DNA of 63,846 nt, counting the filler, from Calcarisporiella thermophila CBS 279.70 (taxonomy: Eukaryota; Fungi; Calcarisporiellomycota), in NCBI RefSeq assembly GCF_041956535.1. It is 7 parts of 7 records of this genome, joined end to end, with 100 filler letters (N's around TTAATTAATTAA, not from the genome) between each part and the next. Parts side by side here need not be neighbours in the genome. Positions count along the whole stretch, not along the records: positions 3,078 to 30,407 come from NW_027192219.1; 6 more parts are not named here. The stretch is one strand, 5' to 3'. Position numbers and translations under genes: made by a program. The notes beneath the pieces were generated by a model. The model made no database searches. It was given only the letters and a program-made list of their open reading frames with translations, and was not told the origin of the DNA. Shown here in pieces: positions 14,802 to 26,727 of this stretch (positions are counted from its first letter, which is position 1; each line of letters starts with the position of its first letter).

Positions 14802-16817
14802 AAGCCTCCTTTCCTCCTACTGCGCCATAATTCCATATTGTGCCAATTCTCCTCACAACAAAACTACCATTGAAAAAGAATTACTTTAATGCATCATTTC
14901 TGAATTTGAGCCAATTTTTTTTTGGTCCAAAAAAGCGTAACAAGGGCAGGCCATCATATTCTACTTTCCTCTCTTCTCAAAAAAATAGGAAAGGTAAGCA
15001 CACTCTCTGTACACTCCCCAAATTTTGCATGGATTTCTTGTTTCTGAGGACTATAAAGTCACTTAAGAACGAAAAAATATACTTTTTAATAAAGATCCTC
15101 CTCCTAACAAAAAAAAATAACAGGGGTAGACCATGTGTAAAACCTGAGCGATTTTGTTGTAGTAGTCTCTCCACATCTATTAACTACATATTGTTTTCAA
15201 TAAAGTGTTCATATTCGAAAAAAACATCATCCTTGTGTTTTTTCTTTCTTCAAGGTAAACCATTACCTTTTTTTATGGGCAATTCTTGATAATAGACACC
15301 ATTTTTTAACAAGATGGAATGCTTTATATTTTTCAAGCATCATTTACCCTATTTTTTTAGTCTAACCAATATTTAGTACACCAGTATTAATATAAAGTAT
15401 TCCTTAATCCAGATTAACCTAATGGTCCATTCCGTATCATATCAAAAATAACTTGCTTTAATCAATCCTCTTTTTTTACTCCTCTTTTTTATTACATCTA
15501 TCCTCGATCCAGCGCTTCTGGTAATGGCCACGATTTAGATCAGTAAATTTGTTTAACCTCAATTCCACCTTTTCCCTAGAATAGCTTGAATTAAATAGGA
15601 GATCTTCCGGGGATATTATAGCTGGGTCTGGATCCATTCCTTTCCATGGCATCATTTCTCGTATCGACCTTTCCTGGTTTTACTTTATTCCAATGTTGCT
15701 ACATATATATTAATCCGATACTGTGCAATCTTGCCCTATTCAGGATAGACTAGGTGCACCATCAGCAAGATATGCGAGTAGTATTTTCCCTCTTCTGTTA
15801 CTCATGGTTGACGTGAAAATAATGGGAACAAGAGCAATGGTCAAGGAATGGCCCAGGATCACACATAGATGCAACACCCATATTGGTTAATAGCAAAATA
15901 GCGTAATCTCAAAAGGCAAAATCAGTATTTCGGATTTCTAAAAGAGCGACCCGAGTTAAACAGGACCGTCAACATCGCAACCTCATTACGTAGAGTGCGG
16001 AAGAGCGTACTAATGGGTTCTGACAATGCGTAATATCCCAACCGGATATGAAATGTCAACCTCAGTTCTATTATGCTCAAATCAAATTGAAATTGGAGCA
16101 ATTAAACCCCTTAGGGTATGGGCGAGCGAGCGTGCGAGCGCTTGTTCATAGCGGCTTTATCGAGCTATCGGTCCCCAAGCCCATGCCTCTCCATTAGACA
16201 GAGATAGCGAGATATGAGGGAGGGCTCGTTCGCCAGGAGCAATTTCTCCTGCATCCCTGCCAGCAGCGAGGCCAGGGCGGCCTGGGATTGGTTCAGGGCG
16301 TATAGCGGAGAAGACGGGCTGTGATAGGTTCGTGGCGATTTTTAATTCATAGAGTTAAAGCATTATTAATGTTTCAGATAAAGGCGGCCCCGCTCCTATC
16401 TCAGCAGGGAAGAAATAGGAGGCGCGATTGGGAAGAGGGGCTATCATCACTTGACGATAAAAGATCGTGACGCTCCGTCGGAATTCAGACTCAACCGTTG
16501 GTTATGTCTCGATTCTCTATTATTCATGGAAGCCCCGTGACATGGTCTGAGCACGGCAGAGGGTCACAGAATAATTGCATTAGAGGAATCAAGCTCTATT
16601 TACAGTTTACTCTTCTTCAGCTTTTGAACTTGTTCTCTCTCTCCATCTGCGAATTGCAAATAAGGCCAGTCGGTATCCCCATCTCTTCTCTATAAATATT
16701 TTTCATCCTCCCATTTGCATTCTCAGATTTATACTCCCTAATATCTCTGCATCTTATTTATTTCTTATATAATCCTTTCTATATACCTGAAATATACTAC
16801 CATCTTACATCAATAGA

Positions 16818-19800
16818 ATGGCCGCTACCGCTACTCAGTCGCAACCCACTAATGATGCTGTCCAAGATCATCTTTTCTTTGCTAATCTCAATCCTGTTCC
16901 CTCCTCCGCTCCTTTCGACCAGCCCGCACAGCCAACTCGCACCTCCAGGAACCGCTCTAAATCAATATCGCATACACTTGCTTTTGGCAATCCAAGGTGG
17001 AATTTTCTGATGAGCGCCCCTTTGTCTGTCCAGCCTTCCGCTTCTACAAAGATTTCGTCGTGGGAGCCCACCCTCGAGCGCGCCATCAAATCTATTGTGT
17101 CGATCAAAGCAAATCATGTTCGCAGCTTTGATACCGAAGTTTCTGGTATGTTCCTTAATTCTACTTATTTGGTGAAATACACTTCACTAATATCGTTCCA
17201 TCTCCAGGTGCTTATACGGCCACCGGATTTATCGTTGACGCTAAGCGTGGTATCATTCTTACCAACCGTCACGTCGTCTCTCCTGCTCCTATCGTCGCTC
17301 AAGGCATCCTAACCAATTACGAGGAGGTTGAGCTCAAGCCTATCTATCGTGATCCAGTGCACGATTTTGGATTTATGCAGTTTGATCCCACTAAAATCAA
17401 GTTCATGGAGTTGATCGAAATCCCTCTCTCCCCTGAGCGTGCCAAAGTTGGACTCGACATCCGTGTCGTCGGAAACGATGCCGGAGAGAAACTGAGCATC
17501 TTGGCTGGAACCTTGGCTCGATTGGATAGACCGGCTCCCGACTATGGTGTTGGTGAATACAACGATTTTAACACCTTTTATCTACAAGCTGCATCGAGCA
17601 CTAGTGGAGGTTCCTCAGGAAGCCCTGTTCTCGACATTGATGGCCATGCAGTTGCGCTCAATGCTGGTGGAGCGAGCAAGGCTGCCTCAAGCTATTACTT
17701 GCCATTGGACCGGGTTAAGCGCGCTTTGCGCTTCATTCAACAGGGCCAAAGTGTTCCCCGTGGCACCCTTCAGACCGAATTTGAATACATGCCCTACGAT
17801 GAGGTCCGCCGCCTTGGTCTCAGAGTTGGAATTGAGGAGGAGGTGCGTCGAAAGTTCCCAAATGAAAACGGTATGCTGGTTGTGCGTATGGCATTGCCGA
17901 AAGGTCCCGCTGATGGGCTTTTGATTCCTGGTGATATCGTGATTGCACTCAATGGAAACATGATTACCAATTTCAATCATCTGTTCTCTGTGATCGATGA
18001 CTCTGTCGGCTCGGACATAACACTGCGGGTGTGCCGTGGTCGCTCGATTGAGGAGGTTGTAGTTCGCGTGCAAGATCTTCACTCAATTACGCCAAGCAGG
18101 TTTGTTGAGGTGGGAGGAGGAATTCTCAACGAACTCTCATATCAACTTGCGCGCTCATATCAAATCCCCGTTGGAGGAGTCTATGTTGCTACGAGTGGTC
18201 ATATGCTCGCGAGTGCATCCGCATGGCGCAAGTCGATTGTAGTGAGCGTCAACAATATCCAGACCCCCAACCTTGATGCGTTCATTGAGGCAATGAAGAC
18301 CCTTCCCGACGGAGCTCGCGTCCCTATCCGCTTTTATTCTCTGACGAAACTTTATAAGGAGAAAGTGATGATCATGCATGTTGACCGACACTGGCATCGA
18401 TTCAGGATTGCGGAGCGTAACGGTAAATAGAATTAGGTGTAAACGCAATTGTATGAAGGAGAGGCTCTAACGCTGCTTTTATGCCACCATTTTAGACACG
18501 ACCGGCGTATGGGATTTCGTTGAAATGCCGCCACCTCCCAATACTCACTTCTATACTCCTTCGACGGCTTCTTTCCCTGATTTGGATCAGTCTCTGCATC
18601 CTGCAAATCTACTCATGCCCTCCTTCGTTGCAGTGGATTTCCACCTGCCCTACTTGGTTGATGGCATGAAAAACATGCAATTCTACGGGTTCGGTGTGAT
18701 AGTCTCGACCAACCCTCCGCTTATCGTGTGCGATCGCGACACTGTTACCATCACTATTGGAGACATCTTTATCACTTTTGCAAACAGCATTATCATCCCT
18801 GGAAAGTTGCTCTATCTACACCCCGTGCATAATTTCGCCGTCCTCACTTATGACGCATCGCTCCTGGGAAACACTCCTGTGCGAGCGTTGGAGTTCTCGG
18901 ACAAGATGCTCTCGCAAGGCGATGAAACCATTCTGGTTGGAACCGGAAGCGATTACACCCCGGTGGTGAAGCGTACGGTTGTATCAAGCGTGAGCAATAT
19001 TGGGACCCGGGAATGTTCCCCACCGCGCTGGCGAGCTATGAATGTCGAAGGCATTAAGCTGGATGATCCTGGGAGCACCCAGGGAGGTGTTCTCTGCGAC
19101 AAGGATGGAAAGGTTCAAGCACTGTGGCTTAATTTTTCAAGCCAGAACGAGAAAGGGAAGGATGTATCCTTCATGGCCGGACTGCCAGTGTCACTGCTCT
19201 GTTCAACCTTGGAGCCTCTCTGCCAAGGCTTGCAGCCAAATTTGCGAGGCTTGGACATTGAGCTCTGGACCATGCGCATTGCAGCCGCTCGAACTCTGGG
19301 GTTAACGGACGAGTGGGTGCGGAAAATTGAAGCCAGCCAACGAGGAAGGCATTCGCTTCTGTATGTGCTCAGTATACTTGATCCTACGTCTCCGTGTGCG
19401 CAGGTCCTGAATGTGGGCGACATCATCCTGGAAATAAATGGGCAGATAGTGGGACGGATGTCGGATCTTGCACTTGTTGAGCACGTGGAGGAAGTGGACA
19501 TGGTCATTCTTCGTGACGGAAAAGAATTACGTGTCAAGGTGCCTACTGTGCCGCTTAATGGCTATGAAACAAAGCGTATCATCGGGTGGCAAGGAGCCCT
19601 TTTGCAAATGCCATACAAGGCAGTATTGGAAAATATACGCGAAGCTCCAAAGGGGGTGTATGTGTCATGTACCCTTTACGGATCACCAGCAAGTGTGGCT
19701 CTGCGCCCTGGAGTATGGATTACGGAAATTGGTGGCAGGAAAGTGGAGGACCTGGATTCCTTTTTGGAAGCGGTTGGCGAGCGACCCTCGCGTCCTCGGT

Positions 19801-20012
19801 TGGAGGAGGATGGCGCCAAGGCTAGCCATGATGGAGAGGTGGAAGGCGATGGAGTGGAAGACGGCTATATCCGAATCAAGACCATTGCACGCAACGAAAC
19901 CGTTAAGGTGATTGCGATGAAACTCGATGATAAAGGATATTGGGACGCGTGGCAGCTGGTTGTGGACGACGCTGCTGTGAGCGGGTGGAAGTGTATCTCG
20001 GCCAAATTGTGA
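16818..20012 (+). CDS. NMA111: Pro-apoptotic HtrA-like serine protease NMA111 (3 exons; tandem protease/PDZ modules)
   Basis: ATGFIVD..GIILTNRHVV, YRDPVHDFGF, VVGNDAGEKLSILAGTLARLDR, YNDFNTFYLQAA, GGSSGSPV; second degenerate protease module HPVHNFA. Confidence 0.95.
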
Positions 20013-20355
20013 TATGCCTTTCATGTATTTTATTCGAAGTGTATTTTCCCTCCTTAACAGCACTTTCATAGAAACTTTATCCCTCATTTCGTTTTATGTA
20101 ATTTCGTAGATTTTTATCCTTTTATTTCAATATCATAGTAAATAGATATTTTATTTTCATATTTGTTTCATCTTGGTTTTTTTTTTTCATTGCGAACGAA
20201 TACAATCAAACCCTTTTTTATTTTATTGTTTTTCCCGATGGGCTTCATCTTCTATTTTGGTATATATTTTTCATTTTCACCTCTATATAAGATGTATTTC
20301 CTTATTTCCTTATTTTATTTTTGAATGAGCAAATAAAGTACGTAGATATACACAA

Positions 20356-23300
20356 TTATGTCTCCTCCACAGCCCCGCTCTCTTTAGACGCTAGATCAAA
20401 TCGTTCTGTTATGTAGCGTTCTAATGGTATGCGGACGCGTAGTTCCTTCTCCAGCATCAGGTGGTATATTTCCTCCAGTATTTCACGCGAGAACCACCTC
20501 GCGTTCTTCAGTGGGAACATGTACAGCTTCTTGCTCCACGGGCATTCCCTAACGGCCCGATAGAACACACCAGGCAGCCGGTCATAATGTCCACATCTTG
20601 CTTCGAAATGCAGGTAAAGGAGCCAGAGTCCGACGGAATGGCGCGCTCGAGGGTCGTCTGTAGCACGATCGAAAAGGCTGCGCAACGCATCCTGGTTCAG
20701 ATGCAATGCATGGTGTGCCTCGGCGTAGATGGCAAAAAGCCATCCCACGAAAGAAGACGAGTTTTTCTTCAAAAGGTGCTGGTCAATCAACCTGCGCACC
20801 CGGTTCTCTATCCGGGTTCGAACTTCGTTCGACAGGTAGAGTCCCCAAAACACGGTATTTCGCGGAAACTTTTCTAACGAGCGCTCTAATACAGAGCGCA
20901 TAGTGCGTGGCTGGAAAGCTTGCCCCGATATAGAATGGCGATGGATGAGGTGCGCGCGGGCCATTAGGAGTTGCTCTGCTTCGACACTCTGAGGGTAATC
21001 CGATAAAAATTCCAGTGCCTTGTCATAAACAGCAAGAGAGGCATCAAGCTCCTGCCGCCCAGAGGCAAGGTATTCAAAGAGCGCATGGGAAATGGCATAG
21101 TGCAGGGCATTACGCTTTAGTTTGAGTTCTTGCTGCTCTGGAGCGAAGGCCGAGGCAACCAGTTGGGTAAAAGTCTAGACAGTGCCAGAAGATTAGTGCA
21201 AAGGAGTGAAAACTTGGCACATTATTCCTACCTTTCTTGTCTTAAGGACCGTGGAGGTTAACGGAGCTACTACATCCGCTTGTGTCATCAATTCTCCCAC
21301 CTGGCTACTTTCTTCCGTCAGCATTGTTAGGATACGGAGCGCAGCATTTGGCCGGCCTTGCTCAAACTCAAGCTCGGCAAACATGCGATAGAGTAGGGGC
21401 GCGTCGAGCTGATGCTCTGTTGGAAAAGATCGATGCATTGATATCGCGGTGGCGTAAACTTTCCGTGCCTATGATAAAAAGTGGGGGGTAATGAGCAAAA
21501 ATCAAGGGGGAGCTAAATTTAAACGTACCTCGTCAATATTTCCTTTAAGTTTTTCTGATTGAGCATAGCCGTTCCAGAGCATGAGATTCATACGATCAAT
21601 TTTGAGCAAGCTCTTTGCAAGTTTCGTTGATCTGTTGAAGAAATATGAAAGGAGTAAGTAAAATATAAATTGGATATTACAAATCACAGTCTAACCCCTT
21701 AGGAGATACAAGCGTTTCTAGCACCAAATGTTGTAATGCTAAATCGTTGTCTTTAATGACCTCTCGAAGTTGGGTCAAAGCGTTCCTACCGGAAGCATAA
21801 TTGTCCAAAAGTTTACCAGTGATTATCGAAAATAAATTGTGCTTACCTCGCAAACCCCACATTAACTTCCTTTAGATCAGTTTCATCAATAACCCTGAAC
21901 CAGTGCCCTCGTCTCGCAAACATAGTCTCCATTGTAGCGGGAAATGCTCGCACCGGGAATCCAAAAGGATCCTTCAAACCTGCCTCTCGTCGAGGTTCCA
22001 TCGCAATTCCGTGTACGTACTCTATATTCTTCTCCCCTTCACCATTAAATGCTGGCCAAAAACTATTTGCATACACATGTTCGTTTGACATTTCATGGTG
22101 AACAAATGGATCAACTGTAAACTGGGTTGTAGTGGGAATATTAGGCGGCATGAATGGGAGTGCAAGAAATGTCAATAGCATATATATAAGATGTTGTCGG
22201 GGTTCTGGGAGCCAAACTTCAAAAAGTAAGCTGCGGATATCATCAAAGAGGATAATACGATATGGATCGTCCTCCTCGGTAGAATCTTCGTTGACGCGCC
22301 CTGGGAGAAGATACGAGGTTTCAAGAGATGATTCCGCGTCAGCCCAAGTCTGAAAGCCACTTGTTACTTCATTAGCATCCTCAGATAGGGGGTCTACATG
22401 TAACTTGTTTGCTATTGCTGCTATTGTCGCTGTTGTAGTTGCGATCGATGCGTCACCTTCTGTAAAATTTCTCCAGCCTTTCGCATTCTTTTTAAATACC
22501 GGATAAACACGCATAAATATACGTGGCAAGCAATTGTTAGATCAATATGCGTTATCAAAAAAAAACTGATATATAAATATACCTTTTCTCCGAAATGTGC
22601 AACGTCCGATTCCCAAAATATTTCAAATTCCTGCAGTCTTACATCCAGCTCTGCCTGCTCTTTCGCAGGCGTCTGTGAATATTTAGTTGATCGAAAAAAA
22701 TTCATCTCTATCAGTGCTTGGAAGGCGGCATACGCTCTTTCAGTATATCCAGCCTGCTTCAAGAGCAAGCACGCTCGTAGGAAGACGTAGAGAAGATTAT
22801 GCTCAATTCCCTCCAATTCCTCCATTTGATTTTCCCTATGAGCTCTGAAAGCTGCTTCCCGCAAAACCTCTAACCCTTGCTCAAAGCACTCCAGACATGT
22901 CTGCACTCCAAAAGACGCAAAGCTCGTTTGCCGAAAATTCAGATATTCCATCCATAATATGAAACGATGGGGCCACGCGCGAAGCGTCTCAATCCACTTG
23001 TCCAAAAGAGAGTTGGTATCCAGTACTTCAGTGCATTCCCGGAGATATGCTACAAGGAGTTGATCGTTCCCTGGGTTTAGAGTGAGGGCACGTTCAAACA
23101 TTGCGATTTTTATCTCACTCAGCGCAAGTCTACCAGAGCGGGATGCGTTTTTGCCAGACGAGCGCCATCCACCTTGAAGATCGGCGGCTTCCTCTTGAAA
23201 AGCAACGAATTCTAACCAGAGATTGATATCTTCGGGGTGCTATAGAGTATCAAGTGCAGGTATATTAGGTGAATTGTTCAGATAGGTTGAATTTTATATA

Positions 23301-24671
23301 TTTTAAATCACCTCTTTCAAACGTATATCATAATCACGTGTACGCTTTTTAACATATTCATCTAGCGATTCTTCATTTTCGAGATTTGGACTCTCAGCTT
23401 CTTGCCCCGGAATTTCTATATCGACTAATCGGTACTCTTCAGCAGGTATAATTTCCTTTCTTTTGGATTGCTCTTTCTCCGTAGTACCCTTCGCATCCCC
23501 AAGAGGAATGAAGTTTTCTCGAAATGCAGAGGATTTTTCTATTATTGAATGTGGATTGACTATCATTCTGTTCAAATCTGAAGAAATTAAAATTAAGCCA
23601 TCTAATAAATTGAGAAGAGTACAATTTTACCTCTTTACGGATTTATCATCGGCTTGGTACTTCACGTCCAAATACCGCACATGCTATATAAAAGCGAAAT
23701 CGTAGATTACGGTGTAAAGTGGAAGAAAGTATAGAACTTACTTGTCGGTGAAATATAGGAACCACTTCGAGACCTTTTCCCGTCTTACTACTTGCAATTG
23801 TGATTCTCCAGCTAGAGGGTAAGCCTAATACACTGCCTCCTATTGTGAAGAGCAATAGATATTTAATAAAGACAACCAGTTAGAGTATCCTAAGCATAAA
23901 TTATATATTTACTCCCTGCCCGATAGTATCTTGGTATATCATATTTGTTTAACCCCTCATAAACGATATTATTGTAATCGCCTCTGGAATCGAAAAAATA
24001 ATTATTGCGCTGTGTTGAAGGTGGATTGTATTCTACAAGTTCGTGCTAATAAAAAGAAATACTATGTTAGCCCTAAAACAAATTAAATGAAAATATAGAT
24101 TATCAACTACCTTTGCTTTTCTCCCATCTCTTGAACGCGACCGAGATCGTTTTCGCTTCCTTTTTTCTGGTGATCTCGATCTCCGGTTATGGCGGTGATG
24201 ACGAGACTGTCGACTCTTTGACTCAGATCCTCGAGAATAAGATTCTTTACCGCTAATAGGGCTTGAGCTTTCTTCTTCAGATAACGAGCTATAGTAAGTA
24301 GCACTATCCCTATGTCTTTTCGATTTCTCTTTTCTTCTCGAAATTTTGTGCCGTTCTGTTCCGGTAAATTAAGTTAATAATAGTAGTCGTTTTAATGAAT
24401 ATCCAATTAAATTGATTTTTATAGCCGTAGAAATACCTGCTGGTGAGGCGGATCTTCTTGTCCTGGAACTATCCTCAATCAACAGCGGCTCTTTGTGTTT
24501 TTCGATGTCAGGGAAAGAAGAAAATTGAGGTGTCTTCTCTACTCGTGTGAGAGGTCCGGCCAGATCCTCGGGGAAAGAAGAGAAACTGGGTGCATGTGAT
24601 GGGAATGAAATCGTAGATGCCTCTTTCTCACGCGTCGAAATCTTCGTGCTTTTCGAAATCTCTTGTGTCAT
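20356..24671 (-). CDS. NRDE2: NRDE2/Nrl1-family HAT-repeat nuclear RNA-processing protein (multi-exon)
   Basis: PEDINLWLEFVAFQ, AMFERAL, QAGYTERAYAAFQALIE, DPYRIILFDDI, RAVRECPWSKKLYM, EKELRVR. Confidence 0.88.
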
Positions 24672-24928
24672 TATAAAGTTGAATCACGGAAGAACTAAAA
24701 ATGTTCATGTAGAGCTGGAGTAGGCTAAATTTTCAACTGCTGTTTCCAGCTAGATACATAACCATAGTCATAAGAGAAGGTGTGACTTTTTTCACTTAAA
24801 ATGGTGTGACTAGCTTTTTGATAAGAGAATCAACTATCATATGTCAAAAGCTTCCCCGCAACCAACATTCATTACTCTCAATATTTTATATCATTTATCA
24901 CTCCTAACCTTAGGAAGTAATCATAATC

Positions 24929-26445
24929 ATGGAGTTTATGAGCAATTTAGGCTCGGCGTCAACCGATGTTTATCGCCCCTCTCTTTTTGAATTAATCGCG
25001 CAGGATAAAATGTGCGAGTTGTTACAGATGGCTGTTCGTTACGGGATATCGGTGAAGAGTCTTAATTATTACTATTGAATACGGCCTTAATCTCATAGAA
25101 TTTGCACGCTTTAGATTTATGCTCAGAGGTACCCTAGGTTACTATTGCCTCTTGTGAACCGTCATGATGAGTTTTACGCGATTTTGAGATTGATTATTGA
25201 ATGGCACTACTTAAATGATTGGGGTAAATTCACCATTTCTAAATACCGGCAAGCTATTTTCTAAGCATTTCATGTGTAGGTGCTTCATTTGCGGAAAATT
25301 TCTATGGATTGAAACGTGTACGGAGCAAAGCGGTCAAACAAATGAGCGAAATTGTCTCGCAACATCGTACACTTCTTTCCTCCTCAGCCACTATCGCTGA
25401 CCAACAAAAAAAGCAAAGACGCGAAGAAAAATTGAGGCCACGCGACATCCGATGGTCACTTGTCTTTTTGGTACTTTGTCCCCTTAATGTTTGTTCTAGT
25501 AAAAGGTTATTAACAGCAAAATAAAATTTTCAAAGGTCGGACTTCCTTACACAAAGTCAAAGCTCGACGAACTTTACGAGCGTATTAGTGGTGGGGCGGG
25601 TGCTAGGCTTTTTGGAGAGACATTTTCACCAGATGAGCAGGAGGAAGAAGAACTCCTAGATCCTCAGACCACAGCTCGAAGACGTCTGTTGATTCAGTTG
25701 AAGCGTGTGTTCCGGCTCGTCTACCCCCTAATTAACGCCGCTTATAACGGGTTGATACTGATCCATTATATTGGCTACCTTTTCAACAAGACGGATTACT
25801 ATCAACCGTGGTTAAAATGGATTGGAATAGAGATAAAGCGAATGAGTTTTGCTGACTATGTAAGACGAGCACGATAGATGTTTGATTTGCTTAAGTAGCT
25901 GATATTGACTGCTCTTCCATTTTAGCTTGACCGTATGATGCAAAAAGCTCAAACCGCAATATCCATCACTAATCCTGCTGCAAGTCCTTCTCTTATCCGC
26001 TGGGCATTTCGAGGGACAATGTGGACACTCTCACAGACTTTAGATTTACTGAAAGTTGTTTTGCCGATGTCAATATTCTTCTTTAAATTTTTAGAATGGT
26101 GGTACGGCAGCGAATTTGCACGCACTGGTCTGCGTGGAATGGGTGCAAATGGCTCTGCGACTATCCCGCCACCAGAACCGATTAAAGTATATCGCTTCCT
26201 TCCCTAGTATTCATTGCCTATTAATCTCATTCTCTTAATAGCCTGACCCAGAGGGAACCTCCCTTCCCTCTACACCAAATACCTGCCCTCTTTGTCTTAA
26301 GCGGCCTATAGTGAACCCAACGGCACTACCTTCTGGCTACGTGTTCTGCTTTAATTGTGCGTTCAGGCATGTAGAAAAGCATTTCACGTGCCCTGTTACA
26401 TTGATGCGGATTGATGGAGTTGATCAGCTGCGCAAAGTTATGTAG
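24929..26445 (+). CDS. PEX12: Peroxin PEX12 (Pex2/Pex12 N-terminal domain + RING; multi-exon)
   Basis: [47 protein letters not shown]...[15 protein letters not shown]...CPVT. Confidence 0.93.
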
Positions 26446-26727
26446 CTTGAATAGATCTTTGTTATTTCTCGATCGATTTTTCTCATAATTTATAAATTAT
26501 TAGTTAATTTTTCTTGACCGTTTTTTTTCGTGTTTAAAAAAAATATATATGAATTTCTATTTCGATTAGGGTGACTATTAACGCCACCTGTCGAATAATT
26601 GATTTATTTTCGGAGACTTTTCTTTTAATATTCGAAAGTGCACTGAGTCCCTTTTTCTTCCTTTCCTCATCTGGTGCTATTCTTCGTCATCATCCGCGTA
26701 TATGTATAGAAGTTTACAACATAAATA

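Noticed and set aside
16105-16120. TTAGGG/ACCCTAA as a telomere seed or telomerase RNA template
   Set aside because: Single unit only, shorter than the ~1.5 repeats expected of a template
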